A program made the translations under genes and the position numbers. The notes beneath the pieces are model-generated. The model had not been told where the DNA came from, searched no databases, and saw only the letters and a list, made by a program, of their open reading frames with translations. Below are positions 1-9,064 of a stretch of DNA of 64,000 nucleotides, one piece after another; the stretch's first letter is position 1, and every line of letters starts with the position of its first letter. The stretch lies in contig CAVYTU010000017.1 of the NCBI GenBank assembly GCA_963771465.1, forward strand, positions 352,001 through 416,000. Reading direction: 5' to 3'. The stretch comes from an uncultured delta proteobacterium. Lineage in GTDB: Bacteria; Desulfobacterota; Binatia; UBA9968.

Positions 1-1508
1 ATGCCGGCGTCGGAAAACGCGCGCGTCACTCTGGCGACTTGCTCCACCGTGACGCCCTTTTTCATCAGTTTAAGCAGGCGGTCGGAAGCGACTTCGAGCC
101 CGCCGGAGATCGCGATGCAGCCACTGTCGGCTAGTTCCTGGCAGAGCGCCGGAGTGAACGACTTCTCGAAGCGAATATTGCCCCACCATGAGATCGCCAG
201 ATTGCGTTTCTTGAGTTCGCCGGCGAGCGACCTCAGTGCTTTAGGCGGTGCGGCTTCGTCGACGAAATGAAATCCTGTCTGTTTGGTTTCGGCGATGATC
301 GTTTCGATCCGGTCGACCAAGGTCTCAGCGGCGAGGCTATCGAAGCGCGAGATATAATCCAGACTGACGTCGCAAAAACTGCACTTCTTCCAGTAGCAAC
401 CATGCGCGACGGTCAGCTTGTTCCATCGCCCGTCGGACCACAGGCGGTGCATGGGGTTGAGCATGTCGAGAAACGATAAATAGTTATTCAGTGGAAGTCC
501 GTCCCACGTCGGCGTGCCGGCTTCGGCGAACGGCACGTCGGACTCATTGCCGTCGATGTAGCGGACCCCTGGTTTATCGGTACTGCGAACGAAGGTGCGA
601 ACCAGACCGCTTTGCGGTCGCTTGCCTTGCAGGTGCTCAAGTAAGGCGAGGATCGGCCGCTCACCGTCATCCAAGGTCACGTAATCGAAAAAGTCGAACA
701 CGCGCGGCTCGCTCAGCTCACGCAACTCGGTGTTCACAAAGCCGCCGCCGAACGCGGTGACGATGGATGAGTCGTGCGCCTTGATTGCCTGAGCGATGCG
801 AAATGCGGCGTAAACCGATCCTGGGAACGGCACCGATAATAGGACGAGATTGGGCGTGTGGCGCGTCACGGCGTCGAGTGTCAGGTCACGCAGGGTATGG
901 TCGACCAGGTTTAGCGGCGCCGCTAGCGCCTCGGCGAGAGGATCAAAGGTAGGTTGGCTTTGCGCGAGCGATTCGGCGTAGCGGACAAACTCAAAACGCG
1001 GATCGACTGCATGGCGCAAAACGTCGGCGATGTCATCAAGATAAAGCGTGGCCAGGTGGCGCGCGCGATCTTGCGCTCCGAGTGTACCGAACGCCCAGGC
1101 CAGCGGATCGTCGTTGCCGTCTTCGAGATAGAAATCGATGGGCTTGAAGCGCGGCCCTTCCGGAAGAAACTGCCGGCTGCAGATGCGATGCGCCAGAGTC
1201 GGGTCGCGCCCCTGCAAGAACGCTATGGTGGGTGTGATCGTCGAAAGATAGCGATCGAATTGGCGGTGAAACGCGTTGACGATTGGCGAGCGCTTGCGCT
1301 TCGGGATGTTCTCCATACACGTTCGAATCGATAACAGTCCCTCGGTGGAAAAAAGTTTTAAAACTAAGCCCAGCGCTAGATCTTCTTGCACTGCGTCGAC
1401 TTCGCGCGAGCGCAGGAAGCCGGTGAGGTAAGCCGTTGAAGGATACGGCGTGTTGAGCTGCGTCATTGGCGGGATGACTGAGAGGACGCGGAAAGGATGG
1501 GCTAGCAT
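1..1508 (-). CDS. B12-binding-domain radical SAM protein (3' end runs off the window start; absent from the ORF track)
   Basis: Manual translation from ATG at 1508: MLAHPFRVLSVIPPMTQLNTPYPSTAYLTGFL...FLQGRDPTLAHRI...LTVAHGCYWKKCSFCD (CxxxCxxC at about 372-398)...WWGNIRFEK...GGLEVASDRLL. Same frame at all checkpoints read. Confidence 0.9.
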   Translation of the reverse strand, partial: MLAHPFRVLSVIPPMTQLNTPYPSTAYLTGFLRSREVDAVQEDLALGLVLKLFSTEGLLSIRTCMENIPKRKRSPIVNAFHRQFDRYLSTITPTIAFLQGRDPTLAHRICSRQFLPEGPRFKPIDFYLEDGNDDPLAWAFGTLGAQDRARHLATLYLDDIADVLRHAVDPRFEFVRYAESLAQSQPTFDPLAEALAAPLNLVDHTLRDLTLDAVTRHTPNLVLLSVPFPGSVYAAFRIAQAIKAHDSSIVTAFGGGFVNTELRELSEPRVFDFFDYVTLDDGERPILALLEHLQGKRPQSGLVRTFVRSTDKPGVRYIDGNESDVPFAEAGTPTWDGLPLNNYLSFLDMLNPMHRLWSDGRWNKLTVAHGCYWKKCSFCDVSLDYISRFDSLAAETLVDRIETIIAETKQTGFHFVDEAAPPKALRSLAGELKKRNLAISWWGNIRFEKSFTPALCQELADSGCIAISGGLEVASDRLLKLMKKGVTVEQVARVTRAFSDAG

Positions 1509-1619
1509 GGCAGGCTTTGGGCGGAGGACTCAGAAACCACGGTTGATCAAGACCGGTCCACAGGATCCAAAATGTGCGATGCCACTAACTTCCGGAAGCC
1601 AAAGCATAGCGGTGTCGCG

Positions 1620-2045
1620 TTAGCGTTCCTTGCTGCGCGGGTTAGCTCGAGTGCGCTCATATTTCCGACGAAGCTTAAGGTAGCGAGACTTGACCCACTT
1701 GAACTCTTGACGTTCATTTCGTTCGCTGTGCTTTGGCTCAGCTGCAATTAAGTGGTTCGGCGGATCTGCGACCCTGGCGCGAAGTACGCGGATCAAAACT
1801 TCATCGCCAACCGTCAACTTTTTCATCTCCTCCCAGCGAACATGCTCGTTAGGAATTCCCCCCTGCCTGCCTGTGAGCCCTCCCACACTCAAGCGAATGT
1901 CATAACCTCTTGGCTGCGACTTGGTTCCTGAGGCCGTGCGTCCTAGTTTGCCAACGGCGGTTACCATTCCAGTAAGTACGTTGAGATCGTCGGCTCCCGC
2001 TACAGCGATTCTGTCACCATTCAGCACAACCTCGAGTGCCAGCAT
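1620..2045 (-). CDS. hypothetical protein
   Basis: 141-aa ORF preceded by AGGAG; globular-looking sequence; no family recognised. Confidence 0.65.
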   Translation of the reverse strand: MLALEVVLNGDRIAVAGADDLNVLTGMVTAVGKLGRTASGTKSQPRGYDIRLSVGGLTGRQGGIPNEHVRWEEMKKLTVGDEVLIRVLRARVADPPNHLIAAEPKHSERNERQEFKWVKSRYLKLRRKYERTRANPRSKER

Positions 2046-2095
2046 TTGTAAACTCCTAGAGCGAAGTCAGTTTTTCTACGTCCACCGGAAAATAC

Positions 2096-3073
2096 TCAGC
2101 GCAGCCCCAACTCTTTCTGCACTTCTCTCAGCACTGTAAAGTCCGTAACCTCACTTAGCGCCACCTCGCGGATGACTTTCACATCTCGCTTCGCTTGATC
2201 GATCAGTATCTTCAATCCGTCGTCAGGGATGCCGCCGTCGGGGCTGATGATTTTTACGGTGGCATCGTAGGACGCGTAGGCGTGTTCTGGTTTTCCTTTG
2301 CCCCAGGCGATCAGGGTCTTGACGGACTCTTCGCGATTCTCGCGCATGAAGCGGTTGGCTCTGACTAAGGACTTGATCACCCGTTTCACTTGGGCGCGAT
2401 TGGTTTGCAGCGATTTTTGATTCACACCGACGCCGGCGAGGGGATAGTTCACATGCTCATGGGCGCGCGTCAGGATGTTGAAGCCGAGCTTTTTACCTTC
2501 GAAATCCCACGGCGGTGAAGTGACGACCATGTCGGCGAGATTTTGTTGCAAGGCGGTGAAGCGGCCGGAGTCGGAGCCGAGTGCGATGAACTGAACGTCT
2601 TTATCTGGGTCGATGCTTTGCTTTGCGAGAATCGTTCGCGCGAGGACGTGAGTAGCGTCGCCAAAGCCGGCGAGGCCGATCCTTTTACCGGAAAGTTCCT
2701 TGATGGTTTTGATTTCTGGCCGTGAGAGGAAAACGTGGGCGGAGCTGCTCATTAGCCCGGCGACGATGCGGACGGGGAGGCCGCGAATCGCGGCGCGGAT
2801 CACCGAGCCAGTGAGCAGCGTGTAGTCGATATCGCCATTTGACAGCGCGGCGAGTGATGCCGGCGCGCTCATGACGACGATGTCGGCATCCAATCCTTCG
2901 TCTTTGAAGAAGCCCTTGTGCTGGGCCACGCCGGCGGCGAGAAAGATCATGTTGTAACTGCCCGAGACTGACATGCGGATCTTCTCGGCGGCGCGTGTGT
3001 GTGGTGTTAGCGCCAACGTCAAAATCGCGAGCACAAATATCCGGGCGGTAGCGATCATAGTGATTGCCGTCAT
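2096..3073 (-). CDS. NMT1/THI5/SsuA-like ABC solute-binding protein
   Basis: Signal peptide; KGFFKDEGLD, ALSNGDID and IKELSGKRIG motifs. Confidence 0.9.
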   Translation of the reverse strand: MTAITMIATARIFVLAILTLALTPHTRAAEKIRMSVSGSYNMIFLAAGVAQHKGFFKDEGLDADIVVMSAPASLAALSNGDIDYTLLTGSVIRAAIRGLPVRIVAGLMSSSAHVFLSRPEIKTIKELSGKRIGLAGFGDATHVLARTILAKQSIDPDKDVQFIALGSDSGRFTALQQNLADMVVTSPPWDFEGKKLGFNILTRAHEHVNYPLAGVGVNQKSLQTNRAQVKRVIKSLVRANRFMRENREESVKTLIAWGKGKPEHAYASYDATVKIISPDGGIPDDGLKILIDQAKRDVKVIREVALSEVTDFTVLREVQKELGLR

Positions 3074-3224
3074 AACCGCCTCGCTAGCGGACTGTCAACA
3101 CTACAAACGGCGTCGGCTCTGATTGCAATCACGAATCTCAACGCGATCGACGATCGCGAATCTGCGCTTGACCTGTTCGGCGCCTCCGGTGTAGTTGTGG
3201 CGAGGTCGTGAAAGGAGAGACACT

Positions 3225-3599
3225 ATGCGTGTGCTTAAAATCAACGAACTTAAGGAAACGCCAATGGACACGGCGACACCGATTGCCGGTTGGACCGGTG
3301 GGTCGGTGAGCCGAACGCGGCAAACGGTGATCGGCGACGGGCAGTCGGATAATTTTCGCTCCAGCGTGGTGAACTTCCGCGTCGGCGCGACCACAGGATG
3401 GCATGTGCACGACTGCGATCAGATTCTTGTGGTGACGGCAGGCAAGGGGCTCGCCGCCACGGAGACCGAACAGCGCGAGATTAGCGTGGGCGATATCGTG
3501 CATATCAAAGCTGGTGAACGGCACTGGCATGGCGCGTCGGCAGATTCGCCGATGTCGCATATCACGGTGACGACCGCCGGCGGGCAGATCAAGCGCTAG
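3225..3599 (+). CDS. cupin domain protein
   Basis: AAAGGAG RBS before ATG 3225; WHVHDCDQILVV and GERHWHGA cupin motifs. Confidence 0.9.
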   Translation: MRVLKINELKETPMDTATPIAGWTGGSVSRTRQTVIGDGQSDNFRSSVVNFRVGATTGWHVHDCDQILVVTAGKGLAATETEQREISVGDIVHIKAGERHWHGASADSPMSHITVTTAGGQIKR

Positions 3600-3617
3600 A
3601 TTTGGGAAGAATGGTTG

Positions 3618-3700
3618 CGGCGGAGGCGCGGCGGACGCTGAGGTGGAAATTTTTGAAAGAGAAATTTCCGAACCCGGTGTTCTCAGCGTCGCCGCGGTGT
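3618..3700. repeat. imperfect intergenic hairpin element with 9-bp-period arms
   Basis: cggaggcgcggcggacgctgag ... ctcagcgtcgccgcggtg arms around an AT-rich loop. Confidence 0.55.
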
Positions 3701-3737
3701 AGTCTACTTCGGCGGAGAGCAAGAAGTACGCGCGGAA

Positions 3738-3857
3738 TCACACCTCGACGCGAAGAAGGCATGACTGATCCGGTCCCGGCCGAGATGGTGCACCGATCCA
3801 TCCGACCGAGACCGTGATATGCGTGGCGAGGAGAATCTTGCGAATCTTGGAATTCAT
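3738..3857 (-). pseudogene. N-terminal remnant of a membrane protein (DUF2269-like)
   Basis: MNSKIRKILLATHITVSVGWIGA then loses protein-like character; family recalled, not searched. Confidence 0.35.
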
Positions 3858-3957
3858 CAGGATGCTGGCTAAAACACCCGCGCTCAGCCGCGCCGGCTGC
3901 GGCGCGCCAGCGACGCGTGCAGAGCCCCCTTTGGTTGCGCGCGAAAGGAACTCCACG

Positions 3958-4204
3958 TCATTTCTTTCGCGCGCTCTTTCGCTTTGGAGCCGAGCCCTTC
4001 GGCTTCATGACTGTAACTTTGACGACGCGGCCGTCATTGGCGTAGGTCATCCACTCGCCAACCTGTTGCCGTTCGCGAAGCTGCCCGACCGCATCCGCGA
4101 TCCGTCCTTGCGATACCACCGCGAAGTTGACCTCGCGCCCAAATGATACCGTCTTTGTGGTAATGGATGTGGTTACCGCTCTTCTTGGTAGTGTTCGCTG
4201 GCAT
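3958..4204 (-). pseudogene. degraded small MORN/YwqK-like repeat protein
   Basis: Three frame segments join into HYHKDGIIWARGQ / WYRKDGSRMRSGSFANG / QVGEWMTYANDGRVVKVTVMKPK...stop at 3958. Confidence 0.65.
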
Positions 4205-4214
4205 AGTCGCCCTC

Positions 4215-4341
4215 GTGCGTGATGTGGGGCCGGGGCGGCGTTTCGGCAGCAAATAACGCCTTCTCCAAGATGAACCGAACCGTTTCAGCGAACGCTTCGT
4301 AGATCGAAAAAATACTTCTTCTCATAGTCGTCAAGATTCAT
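4215..4341 (-). pseudogene. N-terminal gene fragment, possibly from a RelA/SpoT-domain protein
   Basis: MNLDDYEKKYF[+1 T]SIYEAFAETVRFILEKALFAAETPPRP then truncation; similarity is from memory only. Confidence 0.35.
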
Positions 4342-4750
4342 GACCTTGGGGTCTCACTTCCATCATTGAACCACTCTCATTCTCACGACTGGGGAATGCT
4401 CGTGCAGCTAAACTAATGCGGCGCGAATTGTGCCTTGAGCGCCGACCGGTTCGCATGACCGTCTGCGGTCAGGCAAGCTATTAATTCAACCGCTGTAGAT
4501 AACGACAAATGCCGGCGGGTTATCTCGGCGACAGGTTCGAAAACTAATGCCCAAATCAATTGCAATATCGGAAACCTGCCCGATATTGTCAACGCTTGCC
4601 TTTGCCGACAAAAGCCGTTCAGCACGACGGGTAATCTCCCTAACGAGTGGCGGTTTATCTCGCCACATTGCCGAAAATCAACCTGCTGCGTGAATGCACT
4701 TGCTCCCTGGGCTGGTTCCGCAGTACAGATCATTGAAAAGGACTGGGACT

Positions 4751-5894
4751 ATGAAGTTTTCCTTATTCATGATGCCGCTGCATCATCCGACGGAAAATCC
4801 GTCTTTGGCATTCGACCGCGACATCTCGCTAATTCACCTCGCCGACGAACTTGGCTATGACGAGTTCTTTATCGGTGAGCATCACTCCGGCGGTTGGGAG
4901 ACGATGCCAGCGCCGGAGATGGCGTTGGCTAAGGCCTCGGCTCAGGCGCATCGCATTCGCCTCGGCACCTCGGTAATCAGCGCGCCGTTTCATCATCCCT
5001 TTTACGTCGCTGAGCGGATGGCGTTTCTCGATCATCTGACGCGTGGGCGAGCGATACTCGGCGTCGGCCCTTGCGCTTTGGTTACGGACAAGGTTCTTTT
5101 CGGCCTGCCCAACGAAAAACTCTATCCGATGATGGCTGAGTCGGTGGATATCATCGTGCGACTGCTCGAATCGCCGGAGCCGATCGATTACGACGGGCAA
5201 TATTGGAAATTCAAACAAATGCGCTTGCAGCTGCGCTCGTTCCAGCAGCCGCGCATGCAGCTGGCGATCGCGTCGTCGGGAAACCCCATCAGCCTTGAGC
5301 TGGCCGGCAAGTACGGCATGCTGTTCTTATCGCCGGCGGGGAAGAATGTCCGGAACAACCAGACCAAAGCCGAGCAATGGCAGAAGGTCGAATCCATCGC
5401 CGCCACGCATGGTACCGCGACCTCGCGCGATAACTGGCGCATCGCTAGCTGCGTTTATTTGGCCGACAGCAAGGAAGAAGCGTGGCGCGATGTCGAGGCG
5501 AGCATCGGTCGCGACATGGAATATTTCGCCGCCATCGGATTGAAAGCGCCTTACGAGTCCTATCCAGGGCAACCGTTCAGCGAAATCACCGCGCGCTCCG
5601 GCGCCGACCGGCGCGACTGGATCATCGGTACGCCCGACGACGCGATCAAACAGATCGAACGCATGCAGCAAGAGACCGGTGGCTTCGGCGGTTTATTGTT
5701 GAGCACTCACGAGTGGACCGGGCACCGAGAAAATCCGCCGCTCTTACGAGTTGTTCGCGCGCTACGTCATGCCGCACTTTCGCGGTCACACTGCCGGCTA
5801 TCAAGACGAGTGGCGGCGGATTCAAGATGCGCAGTCGAACGGCGGCGTAAAACTCGATGGCATTGGCACGGCCAGCAACCTGGCGACGAAGTAA
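4751..5894 (+). CDS. LLM-class flavin-dependent monooxygenase (+1 frameshift at about 5720)
   Basis: ADELGYDEFFIGEHHS, IRLGTSV and LDHLTRGR motifs. Removing one G from ACCGGGCACC gives TEKIRRSYELFARYVMPHFRG...stop at 5892-5894. Confidence 0.88.
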
Positions 5895-5905
5895 AAGTGG
5901 TGCAT

Positions 5906-6604
5906 ATGACGGCTGATTGGGAAAGCGCGATTGCCGCCCGCGTCCATGCGACGATGGCCGCGCCGGAGATGGAACGATACTTCTCGGTCAAGATGACGCC
6001 GGCGCGGGCGCGCGTGGCGTTGTTGCAATTAAGCCTCTTTGTCAGCTGCCGGCGCGACGGCTGGGCCAATCTGATCGCCAACTGCGACGCGCCACCGATG
6101 CGTCAACGCTTGATGGAACATGAATATGACGAGCTGGTGGAAGACGAGTACAGTTCCAAAGGCCATTACGACCTGCTGATTCGCCAAGGCGCCATGATCG
6201 GACTGAGTGCCAACGATTTCGCCAAGGCCAAGCCGCTGCGCACCAGCATGGCGACGTTTTACGGCTGGAAATGGATTACTCGTGCGGGAGTTTGGCAAGA
6301 CGGGCTGATTGCGATGATGGCGACCGAGTGGGTCAACGACGACCGTCGACTGATGGATCAAGGCGGTGGGCTTTCGCGGCGCGATGGGCTGCGTTGGATA
6401 CGCGACTTTGGCTACAAATGGGAAGACATGCCGAACTTCGCCGCCCACGCCGTGGCCGACGAGAAGCATAGCGATCTATTTGTGCCGTTGTTGGATAAGT
6501 TTATTTTGAATCGCGCCAGCGCGCTCCAAGCGGCCGACGACGCCCTGGAGTTATTCAAGCTCTATCATTTAGGTGTGGCGGAGGAGATGGCGAAGTCGGA
6601 TTAA
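5906..6604 (+). CDS. heme-oxygenase-like diiron enzyme (CADD/PqqC/TenA-like)
   Basis: Own ATG at 5906; EYDE..GH, ATEW and HAVADEKH metal-ligand pattern. Confidence 0.75.
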   Translation: MTADWESAIAARVHATMAAPEMERYFSVKMTPARARVALLQLSLFVSCRRDGWANLIANCDAPPMRQRLMEHEYDELVEDEYSSKGHYDLLIRQGAMIGLSANDFAKAKPLRTSMATFYGWKWITRAGVWQDGLIAMMATEWVNDDRRLMDQGGGLSRRDGLRWIRDFGYKWEDMPNFAAHAVADEKHSDLFVPLLDKFILNRASALQAADDALELFKLYHLGVAEEMAKSD

Positions 6605-6643
6605 GATTGATTAACTGCACAGGGCTCCAAGGTCGCAAAAAAA

Positions 6644-6740
6644 GTATAAGGATGAGGGATGAAAGATGAAGTGATCGGACGTGTAACTGATTCGTCGGCT
6701 CCGAGTTTTTTATCCTTCATTTTTCCGCCTGCATCCTTTC
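6644..6740. repeat. inverted 7-mer arrays (GATGARR / YTTCATC-like) overlapping the start of the DegT-family ORF
   Basis: gtataag gatgagg gatgaaa gatgaag ... ttttatc cttcatt tttccgc ctgcatc. Confidence 0.6.
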
Positions 6741-7933
6741 CCCGTGTTCCTCTTGCTGTTCCCTATTGGACCAGCGAAACCTACCGAACCATTTTTCACA
6801 GCTTGATCTCGGGATGCGTCGTTGACGGGCCGCAGGTCGGGGCGCTCAGAGCAGAAATCGTAGAGAAATTGGGTGTTGCGGATGCGCTGCTGTGCGGCTC
6901 CGGCAGTTTGGCGCTTGAACTCGCGCTACGTGCTTGTGGCGTGCGCGTTGGCGACGAAGTCGTGATTCCGACTTTTTGCTGCAGCGCGGTGGTTCGGCCA
7001 ATCTTAGCGGTGGGAGCGGTGCCTGTGCTCGCCGATGTTGGCGCTGAGCTCAATTTAACCGCGGAGACGGTTAGTCTTGTGCTAACAAGAAAAACCAAGG
7101 CGATCATCGTGCCGCATCTCTTTGGTAATCCGGCCGAGATCGGCGCGATTGTTGAGCTTGCCCGCGAGAAAAACATTCGCGTTATCGACGACGCGGCTCA
7201 AGCGTTGGGCGCGACAATCGACGGACAGGCTGTCGGCAGCTTCGGCGATGCCGGTATTTTAAGTTTCGGTGCCGAAAAGGTTTGTTTTGGGCTGGGTGGT
7301 GGCGCGGTGATCACGCAAAGGCGAGGATTTCTAGACAATCATGCTGGTCTTAATTTAATGTTGCCGCGGCTAGTGCCGACGTTGCAGAAGTATTTGCTCA
7401 CGCTCTTTTGGCGGCGTTGGCGAGGATGGACGTTGCCAATTTACGAATTGATTTATCGCGCCGACGCCCGCGATCCTGAAGCGCCACCGAGTTCATATCG
7501 AAAAGAACGGCTCCCGAATCTCAACGCGGCCGTCGCGCTTTCGCTGGTCGAGTCGCTGCACAAAAATATCGAAGCCCGTCGTGCCCGAGTCCAAGCCTAC
7601 CGCGAATTGCTCGGAGATCAGGAAGGTTTGGAGCTGATCCGGCATCGCCCGGGATCGGCATGTCTAACCCAAGTCGTCAGAGTCGCAAAAAACCGAAGCA
7701 CAGAAGATCCTGCCTCCGCCGCCATCATGGCGCTGCGCAATGCGGGTTACGAGATACAAGGCAGCTATGTGCCAGTGCACCGCCTGGCGTGTTGCTCCAT
7801 GTGCGTTTGGGATAACCTTTCCTATACGGACAAAGTTTGGTCCGATCTGATCGAGTTGCCTTGCGAGCCTGATGTGAGCCTGATGCAAGTCGAGCAAATC
7901 GCCGGGATCGTCAAAGCGGTTATCGCCTCCTAG
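6659..7933 (+). CDS. DegT/DnrJ/EryC1/StrS PLP-dependent aminotransferase family protein
   Basis: GSGSLALELAL, GDEVVIP, PHLFGNP, IDDAAQALG and SFGAEK motifs. Confidence 0.88.
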   Translation: MKDEVIGRVTDSSAPSFLSFIFPPASFPRVPLAVPYWTSETYRTIFHSLISGCVVDGPQVGALRAEIVEKLGVADALLCGSGSLALELALRACGVRVGDEVVIPTFCCSAVVRPILAVGAVPVLADVGAELNLTAETVSLVLTRKTKAIIVPHLFGNPAEIGAIVELAREKNIRVIDDAAQALGATIDGQAVGSFGDAGILSFGAEKVCFGLGGGAVITQRRGFLDNHAGLNLMLPRLVPTLQKYLLTLFWRRWRGWTLPIYELIYRADARDPEAPPSSYRKERLPNLNAAVALSLVESLHKNIEARRARVQAYRELLGDQEGLELIRHRPGSACLTQVVRVAKNRSTEDPASAAIMALRNAGYEIQGSYVPVHRLACCSMCVWDNLSYTDKVWSDLIELPCEPDVSLMQVEQIAGIVKAVIAS

Positions 7934-8103
7934 TAGGTTGGATTTTGAAGCTGAACAAAATTGGTCACCGAGACTCCTAGCTGAGACCCAAGACGGGGGA
8001 AAAATACCTTCGTTTATCGATTACAGCCAAGGTATACTTTTTGCGTCATTTTAGTGCCATGAACTTGCCAACAAGCCATCTCAGACGGAACAGCGGAACG
8101 TCC

Positions 8104-8664
8104 ATGTCGATAGGCCAAGAGCTCCGCATCGTCGGCCAGGGGTTGGAATCGCTCGAAGTAGAGGATTTCGATCTGCAAGGCGAGGGACTTGGTTATTTTG
8201 CCTTAGGTATTCCACGTCGTCACGCGCAGGCCGCGCAAAATGCGGCGGAATTGTGGAACAAGGTGCGCACCTCGTGGCAGAGTTTAACGGGGCAAAGGTA
8301 TTCGATCCGAAAGTTCTTGGACGTCGGCCCAGGCATTTTACGCGTTCTGTTTACGACGGAAGGGCTCCTCAAACTTGAAGCCGCAGGAATAACGCGGCGC
8401 AATCCTAATTCCCCGGGCGTTCCCGATTTCACCAAGCTGGCCCAGCCTCTTCGCATGGTTGGCGAGCATCTCGACGCTCAGTCGGCGCATTTGCTAAACG
8501 TCAGCAAACGAGGCGACCGGATTGCCTTTGCGTACGCCACCGGACCTACGGATAAGCGCATGGAAGAGTGGAAACTCTCGCAGATGTTCGGAAAGTGGAT
8601 GGACGTTTATCAGCAAAGAGATTCCCAAACCGCTCGATCCCAGGCTAAATTGGAACTTGAGTAA
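8104..8664 (+). CDS. hypothetical protein with internal duplication
   Basis: IGQELRIVGQGLE repeated as LAQPLRMVGEHLD; start uncertain (8041-8104). Confidence 0.7.
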   Translation: MSIGQELRIVGQGLESLEVEDFDLQGEGLGYFALGIPRRHAQAAQNAAELWNKVRTSWQSLTGQRYSIRKFLDVGPGILRVLFTTEGLLKLEAAGITRRNPNSPGVPDFTKLAQPLRMVGEHLDAQSAHLLNVSKRGDRIAFAYATGPTDKRMEEWKLSQMFGKWMDVYQQRDSQTARSQAKLELE

Positions 8665-9064
8665 GTACGAACCCGCGCGTCTCTAGTTTTTTCTCGTTAG
8701 CGTTATCGTCGCGCAACGTGCGACGTATGGATCGCCTGTCCGCAAGCGCACTTTTCTTTCAACTCTTAAATAACTAACGCGTACCACGTTGCGCGAAGTG
8801 ATCGAGCGCCCTCCTTTTTCCGTTTCCATGCGAGCGTAGTTCCTGGTCGGCCATGCCTTAAATACGGTGGGCCGAGATAAAAGAAGGTGTAAATTGCGGT
8901 TAGGCCGGGACATGGTGGAATTTTCGCTGAACTTTAGATTACACCGCACTCGTTCTTGTTATCGACGCAGGAGATGAAATTGTGCTAACCATGAACGCAT
9001 CGGCGGTCGCTATCCGAACCGATTACGCCCGAATATTGTACGCATTACGTTAGGCACGACAAAG

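Noticed and set aside
4694-6604. 636-aa LLM-diiron fusion protein
   Set aside because: One extra G at about 5720 explains it; the natural LLM C-terminus with its stop (5894) and a separate ATG (5906) are present
8683-8949. 88-aa minus-strand ORF and an 11-bp inverted repeat (cgcgcaacgtg)
   Set aside because: No RBS or recognisable motif; not enough support
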